Assembly: GCA_019347875.1 (NCBI GenBank)
Contig: JAHWKN010000003.1
Coordinates: 1 to 45,161, forward strand
Source: Candidatus Parcubacteria bacterium
GTDB taxonomy: Bacteria; Patescibacteriota; Saccharimonadia; UBA4664; JAHWKN01
Length of the DNA stretch: 45,161 nt
Direction of reading: 5' to 3'
The position numbers were made by a program, and so were the translations under genes. The notes under the pieces were generated by a model, which worked only from the letters and a program-made list of their open reading frames with translations, searched no databases and was not told the origin of the DNA. This document shows positions 20,240-28,435 of the stretch, in pieces (within the stretch, counting starts at the first letter, position 1; every line of letters starts with the position of its first letter).

Positions 20240-20365
20240 TAGGCGGCTGTCGGGAGCTCCCCCTTTGGATCTACCCACAACACACAAGGTGTAAGGTTAC
20301 TAAACCACCCACGCCGATGCAATGCATGTAACCACCAAGAAACACCACCTTTATGGCAGCTCGTT
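20240..20365 (-). ncRNA. Candidate structured cis-regulatory leader of the LysM-Rpf gene
   Basis: Minus-strand nested stems GCTG/CAGC, AAGGTG/CACCTT, GGTTAC/GTAACC, ATGC/GCAT and GGG/CCC, ending just before the AAGAGGAG RBS. Confidence 0.6.
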
Positions 20366-20434
20366 TTGTTAATTTTGTTATTTTGAGCGATAATGTTGGC
20401 GTAAAAAATACCGGACGAAAGTTCCGTTATAATT

Positions 20435-20998
20435 TTGAAAAGCAGGATGGAATTAACGCGAAGGAACAGTTACTTGGACAACGCTGAAAAAGAAGAGCTG
20501 CTAGACCTAGTCGATAGCCAAGATCAGGTAATTGGAACGATAACCAGGAGTAAGTTTCAGGCAGTCATCGCTAATCCGCCGGGATATATTCGAGCATCCG
20601 AAGCTTTCATTATGAACCGGCAGGGACAGCTTTGGGTACCTCGCCGAACCGCCGATAAAACCATCGCCCCTAACGGCCTGGATTTTAGCTGCGCCGAACA
20701 CGTCCAGTCGGGAGAAACGTATCTGGAGGCGATGATGCGCGGATTCGCCGAAGAGCTGAATATGCTGATTCAAGCTGAGGACCTTGAGCTTAAACAGATA
20801 CTTAAACCAGAACCAAAGCAACCGATGTTTCGGGCCATATATGTCCACCGATCTGATAACGTCCCAAGTTACAACCCCGAGGATTTTACAGAGTATAGGT
20901 GGCTTCACCCTCAAGAGGCGGTCGAGCTGATCAAGGCCGGCGAGGCAGCCAAGCCAAACCTCGCCCCTGCTATTGAAGAGGTATTTCTGAATCTATAA
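20435..20998 (+). CDS. NUDIX hydrolase (IDI-like subfamily)
   Basis: ELLDLVD..D.VIG, RRTADK..P..LD.SCAEHVQSGETY.EAMMRGFAEEL (degenerate Nudix box). Start may be ATG 20447. Confidence 0.85.
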   Translation: MKSRMELTRRNSYLDNAEKEELLDLVDSQDQVIGTITRSKFQAVIANPPGYIRASEAFIMNRQGQLWVPRRTADKTIAPNGLDFSCAEHVQSGETYLEAMMRGFAEELNMLIQAEDLELKQILKPEPKQPMFRAIYVHRSDNVPSYNPEDFTEYRWLHPQEAVELIKAGEAAKPNLAPAIEEVFLNL

Positions 20999-21078
20999 GA
21001 ATACGCGGGAAACGCCGTGCGGTCATCTGATTAGTAGTATACTGAGCCTACACTTTGACAAAGGTAGGTGAATGAGCT

Positions 21079-21825
21079 TTGCTGATCACTCCCGAAGAGC
21101 TGCTTAAGGCCGTCCATGTGTTCGATCTGAGGCCGGCCGAGCCCCCTCCCGACGTTCCTAGCATTGCGGCCGCCGACCCATCCATTACGCCCCCTGAGCT
21201 GGCGAAAGTAATGCTGTCGCTGTGGCGCTGCTTCTGCGACCCGCTGCGTGGCTTTTTATACATTAGCGTGCCGATCACATCGGGGCGCCGCGAAGTCCGG
21301 CTGCTAAACCGGCTGAACTGCACCCGCACTGAACTGCGAACGCGGCACAAAAGGTACCGCTACGAGCTGATTATTCGGCCGAACGAAGCGGATGCCAAAC
21401 GGTTTGGCCGCAGCATTAAGCCCCTGTTGCGGGCCTGGCCGGCGATAAACCCAGCCGCTATCAGCGTCGCCGACTGGGGGCAAGAAGACTACATGGACCT
21501 TTGGCTGCCGGCGATTGTGTGCTACGTCACCGCCATGGTCGTGACTCCGGGATGGGCGTTTAGCGGCGGCAGCCGCTTGGAGGTCAATCTGGCTCTTCAG
21601 CTTGGCGCGCCCATATTCGACCACCTGGCACGCCTGCTATCGGTGAAAGACCTGGAGCTGCAAGACGCGTGGGCGCGGCAGACGCTGCGGCGGGAAGGGT
21701 GGAGCAACGCTCAAATCGACGACTACTTGCCGCCGATAACGTTCCAACAGCGCCCCTTTGTCAGCTTGATGGAGCGCCCCGAAGCCGGCTGGCCGTACCA
21801 TCCAGATCCCGCTGCATTCGTTTGA
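21079..21825 (+). CDS. Hypothetical protein with DUF4406/nucleoside deoxyribosyltransferase-like motifs
   Basis: YISVPITSG, INPA, W..EDYM, PGWAFSGGSRLEV..A..LG.PI pattern. Confidence 0.55.
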   Translation: MLITPEELLKAVHVFDLRPAEPPPDVPSIAAADPSITPPELAKVMLSLWRCFCDPLRGFLYISVPITSGRREVRLLNRLNCTRTELRTRHKRYRYELIIRPNEADAKRFGRSIKPLLRAWPAINPAAISVADWGQEDYMDLWLPAIVCYVTAMVVTPGWAFSGGSRLEVNLALQLGAPIFDHLARLLSVKDLELQDAWARQTLRREGWSNAQIDDYLPPITFQQRPFVSLMERPEAGWPYHPDPAAFV

Positions 21826-21920
21826 CCACGCGCCTCTTTGCTGAGCACCTGCCAGCAAGGAGGCGCTCAGTTTTTTGATATAAAGCATACGAGCAAGCTC
21901 GTGAGTTATAATCTGTTCCA

Positions 21921-23528
21921 ATGAACGAACGTGATGCGTCCGAACCAAAAAGCGGCGTTGCGGCTACCGATTACGAGGCGCTACATGCCGAGGCGCTGGC
22001 GCTAAACCACCAGACGTTTCTGGCGCGCGCTGAAACCGAGCCCAGTCACGAGTTTGCCGAAGACCTGCGATTTGCCGCTGAGGTGGCGTCACAAATAAGC
22101 GACAGCGGCGGCCTGGCGTTGGTAGTGGGCGGTTACGCGCGCGATGAAGCCATGGCGCGCGAAACCGGCCGGCCCCAAACCTCGAAAGACATCGACATGG
22201 AGGTCTACGGCCTCGAGTTTGAGGTTCTGGCCGCCAAGCTGCGAGACTTGGGGCAACTCGATCTGGTCGGGGCCAGTTTCGGTATCGCCAAGCTCAAAAA
22301 CCCGGCCACCGGCAGCGTGATGGACTTTTCGATTCCCCGCACCGATTCTAAGGTCGGAGCTGGTCATAAGGGCTTCCAGGTGAGCGGCGACCCGACTATG
22401 AGCATACGGGAGGCGGCCAGGCGGCGCGACCTGACCATAAACGCCTTAGCGCTCAACCCCTTAACCGGCGAAATGATCGATGAGTACGGCGGGCTGCAAG
22501 ACATTAAAGACGGCGTGTTGCGGGCAACCGACCCGGAGCTGTTCGGCGACGACCCGTTGAGGGCGCTGCGCGTCGTGCAGTTTGCCGGACGCTTTAACTT
22601 TGCGGTTGAACCGTCAACCGCCGAACTGTGCCGCGGCCTGGATCTGTCCGAACTGTCGCGCGAGCGGATCGGCGAAGAGTGGCTTAAGCTGATAACCAAG
22701 TCCGAACGGCCCAGCGTTGGCCTGGAGGTGGCCAAGAATTTGGGGATATTAGACAAGCTTCACCCCGAGCTGGCCGGACTGGACCAAATTGAACAAGAAC
22801 CGGAGTGGCACCCCGAGGGCAACGTCTGGAACCACACCAAAAACGCCGCCGATGCCGCCGCCCGCGTGGTGCGGGAGGAGGGCCTGGAAGGCGACGAGGC
22901 TTTGGTGGTGCTGTTTGGCGCCCTTTGTCACGATTTAGGGAAAGCAACCACCACCGAGCTGCGGGAAAAGAGGGGAGTCATGCGCATCACGGCCCACGGC
23001 CACGAAGCGGCCGGCGTCGAGCCTACCAAACAGTTTTTAGAGGGCATCAAGCTTGGCCGCGATGTCATCAACAAGGTCTTGCCGATTGTGCGCGAACACC
23101 TCTACCACGTGCACAACCCCGAACCCAGTGACAAGCAGCTGCAAAAGTTCGCCCAGCGGCTGCAACCGGCCAACATCCGCCTGTGGGACTTGGTTTCCCG
23201 CTGCGACTCGAACGGCCGGGGAGGCGAGTTCGTGCCGCAAACCGCGTCTTACAAACTGTACGAACGTTCACTCGAGCTAAAAGTGGCCGAACGCCCGGCC
23301 GCTCCAATCGTCAACGGGCGCGACTTGATTGCCGAGCTAGACATGGCCCCGGGCAGAGAGTTTACGCCGATTCTAAACTACCTTTACGACGCGCAGCTAG
23401 GCGGAGAGTTCACTACCGCCGAAGAGGGGATCGCCTACTACCGGCAACATAAGGAATCAATTGACAGCTTCGTGCAGGAACAGCTTGATCAAACATCCAA
23501 ACCAAAAGGCAAAACCAGGCGCCGGTAA
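21921..23528 (+). CDS. cca: CCA tRNA nucleotidyltransferase with HD domain
   Basis: VGGYARD, DIDME, RRRDLTINAL, DDPLRALR and ERIGEEW motifs; HD motif (CHDLGK). Confidence 0.9.
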   Translation: MNERDASEPKSGVAATDYEALHAEALALNHQTFLARAETEPSHEFAEDLRFAAEVASQISDSGGLALVVGGYARDEAMARETGRPQTSKDIDMEVYGLEFEVLAAKLRDLGQLDLVGASFGIAKLKNPATGSVMDFSIPRTDSKVGAGHKGFQVSGDPTMSIREAARRRDLTINALALNPLTGEMIDEYGGLQDIKDGVLRATDPELFGDDPLRALRVVQFAGRFNFAVEPSTAELCRGLDLSELSRERIGEEWLKLITKSERPSVGLEVAKNLGILDKLHPELAGLDQIEQEPEWHPEGNVWNHTKNAADAAARVVREEGLEGDEALVVLFGALCHDLGKATTTELREKRGVMRITAHGHEAAGVEPTKQFLEGIKLGRDVINKVLPIVREHLYHVHNPEPSDKQLQKFAQRLQPANIRLWDLVSRCDSNGRGGEFVPQTASYKLYERSLELKVAERPAAPIVNGRDLIAELDMAPGREFTPILNYLYDAQLGGEFTTAEEGIAYYRQHKESIDSFVQEQLDQTSKPKGKTRRR

Positions 23529-23587
23529 AGTAAAGACGCCCCTTGGGGCGCCCTCACTTGCTGAAGCGAAGAGCCGGCCGGGGCGTT

Positions 23588-24064
23588 CTATGGGTGTACC
23601 GCGGGACGCTGTGTCATCTGTCCTCTGTCCCAGCCTAAATCGTAAAAGCGCTTGAACTTAATGGCAGGCTCATACGCCCGTTGCCCGGGCTTTATACCGG
23701 GGCAGTGCCGGGAGTTGCTCATGCCATATTGCCAGACATTTAGGGCCGTTCTAAACTCGCTCTCAGCCGCCATCAAAGGACAGGCTTGCAGGTGATCCCC
23801 GTTGATACCGCACCAGGGGCAGGGAAGAACAGACCAAATCCGTTCCAGCTGCTCCGAGCCGAGAGCAGCTAACTCTGCAAAAAGCCGATCATCCGGGAGA
23901 AGCGGCAAGGCAGGCCTCCCTACAATCTCGCAGATAAGGGCAGCGTTCTCTGCCGCCCCCTGAATGACGTCACCTGGCCATAGATCCACTCTAAGGCCGA
24001 GGATATCGATCAGATCCAAGATCCGAGCGTCGCTGGTTACATCAAGATTTGGAGTAATTTGCAT
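23588..24064 (-). CDS. Hypothetical protein with CxxC-x5-H-x3-C motif
   Basis: ORF with GGAAGG RBS; CPWCGINGDHLQAC possible zinc knuckle. Confidence 0.5.
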   Translation of the reverse strand: MQITPNLDVTSDARILDLIDILGLRVDLWPGDVIQGAAENAALICEIVGRPALPLLPDDRLFAELAALGSEQLERIWSVLPCPWCGINGDHLQACPLMAAESEFRTALNVWQYGMSNSRHCPGIKPGQRAYEPAIKFKRFYDLGWDRGQMTQRPAVHP

Positions 24065-24229
24065 AACCTTCCTCTCTCGAGGGCCGAGTAATCGGTACTA
24101 GGCGTCAAAGAGCTCAAGAGATCTTCTCCTGAATTGTGTAAAATTAAACCACTAAGGTAGCTGGCGGTCAAACACGCGATACCAGGTAAGAGTAGAGGCG
24201 CCCGATGGAGAGTCATACTTACGCCTATA

Positions 24230-26740
24230 TCAGAGTTACCAATTACAGATGAAGTAAGAGAATATTTGCATACATCCTATCCTAAAAGTACGCCTACTTG
24301 TCAGTAGAGCTATCTACCTTATTCTCTGCTTGAACACGTTGATGTATGTAAACAAATTGCTTTGCTAGAATTTGTTTAAATTCATCAGTGTTTTCATTTC
24401 CAACTTTACCTATACCGTTGCGCTCGTCATGCTCAAGGTCGGGATACTCATCAACTTCAATCAGTGTAGGGTCTTCTGTAATTGCTACTTGGTATAGTGA
24501 TTCAGGGTCTACAACTTTATTCACGTAATTGTAGGTTTCTCGGTTAAAGTTGCCACGATGACTACCATTGCCACCAGTCCAAACACCTAGCTGAGGTGTT
24601 AGAAAAGCAAGGATCTTCTCTAGTGAATCAAGCTTCTTGACTAAATAAGCATTCGTTTCTTCTTTAGAACCAAATTCAGCCCAGTAGCTATAAAGAAAAT
24701 GAGAAATATTTCCAGTCTTGTGCAGTATGCCCCTCTGAGCTTCCGTTCTTATTTTCGCTAACGCCGTTTGCTTGAATTGGTCAAGTTCTTTAGGTGATAG
24801 TATTGGCTCGCGCTTAGTTGGTTCAGAACCAAGTATCGCCTCGCGGATAATATAAGTTAACAGAATGATATTGTTGCACTCGTTAACCATCAGCTGATAG
24901 CCAACAAGTTTATCGCTAGCTTCATTCAATACATTCCGCATCAAATCAACAAAAGAATCCATAGGCGTATTTTCAAACATAGATACTTTTGTGTCCGAAA
25001 TACTATCAAACACTTGCATTAGTGTTCTTGCGAACTCAATAGGATTTCGTGCTGACTTGCGATAAGTTTCAAGCTTTCTAATTACGAGTTTCTGACGTTT
25101 TTCGCTGAATAGCCTTTCTAGCTCTTCGGCAATTTCAGGTGCAGTATCTTTGGCAATGGCTTCCAGTATAGCGGAGTCTGCGACATCCTGAGGGCTTAAG
25201 TCGTACATGAAGTACCTATTAAAATAGTCTTCTGATGAAACACGCTTTTCTTTCGTTAATTCTCTGCGTGAATAGCCGCTAGTGTGGCGCTTATATGCTT
25301 TCTTAATATCCGGGAATAGCTCTATAATTATCTCTTTGATATCGTAGTTATTTGCTCCCACTATCTTATCTATCAGGTCTCTCTTCTTTTTATCATCCGA
25401 ATCACTCTGAAGCCATATGTGGAATAGGGTACCAGTGAGTAGGGCTTTATTATCGCGTAGCCTAAGGTAAATGTTGGACTGCAGTAGGCGGACTCCTTCA
25501 ACAACCAAGAAGTCTGTTATATTCACCTCATTGGCCACGAGCGGAACGGTAAAATTTAATGAATTGAGGTAACGCTTGACCATTCGTGGCGTTTTTATAC
25601 GAGGGGCTAAGTACTCATCAAAAATACCTCTAAATCTGTTTACTTCGTCTTGGCTAATTTCTATCTTGTTTATATCTACCACCCCCTGGATACCCTGAAG
25701 TAACATATCGCTTAGTGACTCGCGTTCAATTAGTGGTAGATGAAGGGGTATTTGTATAATTTTTTCTATAAATTCCTGGCCGGCATTGCCGTCTTCCTGG
25801 CTCTGAGGAAAGCGCTTCGAGAGTGCCTCAGCAACCGCCTTATCGTCAAAAGCAACTATGTACGTAACACCTTTGAAATCAGCAATTACCTTTATAAGTT
25901 TAAAGAGTCGGAAGATTTCTTCTTCATCAAGCCGGTCAACGTCATCAACCATAATAACAATGCGCTTACCAGATTCCTCAATCTTATCTTCAATTCTTGC
26001 TTTAATCTTTTCATTTGTTGCACCGCCTAAAATATTGGCAGTTGTAGTGATGCCTTCTTCAAGCCGTCTATCGACTACACCCGCATAACCGCCATATCTA
26101 CTCATTAGCTCAACGGTTGATTCTTTAGCACTAAGAGCATTACCTTTAGTAAATTTGCGCCTAATACGTCTAAAAGTTTTAAGTTGCCCTGTATCCGGAG
26201 GTAGAGACTCATCAATCTTCACTGAGATATCAGTAAGCATTCCTCTAACTATTGCTCGTTCATCATCGAAACTCCAAGGATTGAATCTAATAACTATCGC
26301 ATCATCGCCCAGACTCTCTTCGAGCATATTAAGTGTTGATGTCTTACCATACCCCCAAGGTGAATACAGACCAATAACGTAGCTGTCTTCAATTTTTGAA
26401 CGCAGTATTACCGATGCAATTCGAGATGCGTAACTAGCACGAGAGAATAAGTCATTCTTTTTGCCATTCAAGGCTCTATCAGAAGAGTATAAGTCTTTCA
26501 TCAAAGCTCATTATATTGTCTTTTAGCAGTACTTCATAATCGACAGCTAGTGGGGCATGGGAGGCTACCCCTCCATGACTGATTAGTAAGCAAAAATATA
26601 TATAAAGTAGGGTCAATTACTTGCCATGCTAATATTCATGCATATTAATACTTGTACTCCCCAAAAGGATTTTTAGTGTCAAAGGATAAAAAAATTTACA
26701 TCCCGAAAATCAGTGACTTTTACAGATCGATAACAATCAA
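24230..26740. other. AT-rich islet at the 3' side of tRNA-Glu
   Basis: Abrupt drop in GC (about 40% by eye versus about 60% or more in the flanks); contains one long gene. Confidence 0.8.
24294..26504 (-). CDS. KAP family P-loop NTPase
   Basis: IGLYSPWGYGKTS Walker A, RFNPW, IVIMVDDVDRL Walker B, FIEKIIQIPLHLP, TPRMVKRYLN and YFNRYF motifs. Confidence 0.92.
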   Translation of the reverse strand: MMKDLYSSDRALNGKKNDLFSRASYASRIASVILRSKIEDSYVIGLYSPWGYGKTSTLNMLEESLGDDAIVIRFNPWSFDDERAIVRGMLTDISVKIDESLPPDTGQLKTFRRIRRKFTKGNALSAKESTVELMSRYGGYAGVVDRRLEEGITTTANILGGATNEKIKARIEDKIEESGKRIVIMVDDVDRLDEEEIFRLFKLIKVIADFKGVTYIVAFDDKAVAEALSKRFPQSQEDGNAGQEFIEKIIQIPLHLPLIERESLSDMLLQGIQGVVDINKIEISQDEVNRFRGIFDEYLAPRIKTPRMVKRYLNSLNFTVPLVANEVNITDFLVVEGVRLLQSNIYLRLRDNKALLTGTLFHIWLQSDSDDKKKRDLIDKIVGANNYDIKEIIIELFPDIKKAYKRHTSGYSRRELTKEKRVSSEDYFNRYFMYDLSPQDVADSAILEAIAKDTAPEIAEELERLFSEKRQKLVIRKLETYRKSARNPIEFARTLMQVFDSISDTKVSMFENTPMDSFVDLMRNVLNEASDKLVGYQLMVNECNNIILLTYIIREAILGSEPTKREPILSPKELDQFKQTALAKIRTEAQRGILHKTGNISHFLYSYWAEFGSKEETNAYLVKKLDSLEKILAFLTPQLGVWTGGNGSHRGNFNRETYNYVNKVVDPESLYQVAITEDPTLIEVDEYPDLEHDERNGIGKVGNENTDEFKQILAKQFVYIHQRVQAENKVDSSTDK

Positions 26741-26758
26741 AAAGGCTCCGAAGAGCCT
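26739..26758 (-). terminator. Intrinsic terminator of tRNA-Glu
   Basis: Minus strand AGGCTC-TTCG-GAGCCT followed by TTTT. Confidence 0.8.
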
Positions 26759-26770
26759 CTGAATCGAATT

Positions 26771-26845
26771 TGGTGACCCCACGGGGATTCGAACCCCGGT
26801 TACCAGGATGAGAACCTGGCGTCCTGACCACTAGACGATGGGGCC
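26771..26845 (-). tRNA. tRNA-Glu (anticodon CTC)
   Basis: GGCCCCATCGTCTAGTGGTCAGGACGCCAGGTT-CTC-ATCCTGGTAACCGGGGTTCGAATCCCCGTGGGGTCACCA; cloverleaf with encoded CCA. Confidence 0.97.
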
Positions 26846-26950
26846 GCATCGAAATTACAAGCAACTTGGCTTGTAATTTCGTGTTCGGAACCTGATTACG
26901 ATAACATTTTGTGGGCTGTCAGTCTAGGACTAACAACCACACATCCTGCC

Positions 26951-27370
26951 TTACCTGTGAAACAAAAAGTACGGACGGCGGAGGTAGGCTACTAGCTTTT
27001 TTTGTTTGCGATCGAGCTTTATCAGGTGGGTGTGCTGGTGGGGGATGCTTTTGGTGGTGTTGGCGGCGGTGCGGGCGTAGATGTCGTAGCCTTTGGCTTC
27101 GTATTCACTCATGGTCTCGAAATAGGCCAGTTTGGCGGCGGGGGAGAGGGCGCTCAAGGTGTCGGTGTGCTGGCGGGGGACGATCATTAGGTGATCGGTA
27201 ACGTCGCTGCGGTCCCAGATAGCGTAGGGGAACAGGTTGCGCATAATGTAGACGTGTTCGCGCTCTGCTACCAGCTGATCGGTGAGATCCTGGCAAAACT
27301 CGCACTCAACCTGGCGGCGCAAGCTCAGATACTCCTGATACTGCATGGCGGCCTTACGCGACCTGTACAT
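26951..27370 (-). CDS. HIT family hydrolase
   Basis: CEFC, NLFPY, HLMIVPRQH and HQHTHL (HxHxH) motifs; GAGGAG RBS before ATG 27370. Confidence 0.88.
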   Translation of the reverse strand: MYRSRKAAMQYQEYLSLRRQVECEFCQDLTDQLVAEREHVYIMRNLFPYAIWDRSDVTDHLMIVPRQHTDTLSALSPAAKLAYFETMSEYEAKGYDIYARTAANTTKSIPHQHTHLIKLDRKQKKLVAYLRRPYFLFHR

Positions 27371-27439
27371 TATGTACGACTCCTCGCTGTCTTTACTTAT
27401 TGCCATTATGACACAAAGCGGTAATGGTAAACTACTGGT

Positions 27440-28399
27440 ATGGATCTGGTACAACTGTGGTTTTTTGGCTTGCTGCTTTACAGCCTCTGGCTGGGGCTGT
27501 CGCTGCGGGTGGCGTGGTTCGGGTTTGAGCTGGTTTTAAGCTTTATGCATTATCTGCTGCCGGTAAACGCCGTTATTCTGGCCGTCAGTCTGCTGCTGGC
27601 CCAGACTGCGTCTAACTACTGGGCGGTGGCGGTGTTCGCCCTGGCTAACCTGCCGTGGCTAGCGCACGTCGCCGGGTGGGCCTGGTCAAAACCGCCAGCC
27701 GGACAGGCGTCTTTTAACATCAAAGCCCGCATCGGCTTTATGAACGTACTTAAAAGCAACCGCCGCTACCACGACATCGGCCGGCGCATCAAACAGCTGG
27801 GGCTCGACGTGGTCGGCCTGGCCGAGATGAGTGTAGGTGCTTTCGAGGCGGTCAAAAGCGCCAGCGAGCTTGAGCATGGCTACGTCACCAGCGGCTGGAA
27901 CGCCGACAGCGGCGAAGAGCTGGCGATCTTGAGTCGCTGGCCGATTACCGAGGCTGGTGCACCCGGCAGCGAGCCGGGGCGGCCGCTGGCCGCCGCCGTG
28001 GCCACGCCCAATGGCCCGCTGCGGGTGATGGTGCTGCATCCGTATCCGCCGCTGGCGCCTTCTGCACTTAAGCGGCGCAACCAAGCGTTCGTCCGCGCGG
28101 CCGCCGCCGCCCGCGCCACGCCGGAGCCGGTCGTCATCATGGGCGACTTCAACACCGTGCCCTGGGCGCCGGCCTTACGCATGATGCAACAACAGCTGCC
28201 CGGACACTACCAGGCCGGTCGGGGCGGGGGAGTTTACCGCACCTGGGGCTGGGGACCGCTGCGGCTGCCGATCGACTACCTCTGGCTGCCGCTCGGCGCA
28301 AGCAGCAGCGGACTACGGCCCGACCGCTTTCTGGGCTCCGACCATCGGCTGATTTGGGCAGAAACCGGCGTAGACCCAGCCAGCAAGATTGAAAATTAG
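27440..28399 (+). CDS. Membrane-anchored endonuclease/exonuclease/phosphatase family protein
   Basis: Three N-terminal TMs; FMNV, DVVGLAE, ILSRWPI, MGDFN, IDY and GSDH motifs. Confidence 0.88.
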   Translation: MDLVQLWFFGLLLYSLWLGLSLRVAWFGFELVLSFMHYLLPVNAVILAVSLLLAQTASNYWAVAVFALANLPWLAHVAGWAWSKPPAGQASFNIKARIGFMNVLKSNRRYHDIGRRIKQLGLDVVGLAEMSVGAFEAVKSASELEHGYVTSGWNADSGEELAILSRWPITEAGAPGSEPGRPLAAAVATPNGPLRVMVLHPYPPLAPSALKRRNQAFVRAAAAARATPEPVVIMGDFNTVPWAPALRMMQQQLPGHYQAGRGGGVYRTWGWGPLRLPIDYLWLPLGASSSGLRPDRFLGSDHRLIWAETGVDPASKIEN

Positions 28400-28435
28400 C
28401 CTCTGATCGGTCATAATTAAGGAAACATAAGGGTT

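Noticed and set aside
21066-21081. Possible frameshift between ATG 21072 and the TTG-start ORF
   Set aside because: AGGTGA 7 nt before TTG 21079 supports the TTG start without invoking a frameshift.
24065-24293. attL/attR duplication of the tRNA-Glu 3' end bounding the KAP islet
   Set aside because: No recognisable copy of the tRNA 3' sequence by eye and no integrase, so it is not called a mobile element.
26679-26864. 61-aa ORF
   Set aside because: It overlaps the tRNA-Glu gene.
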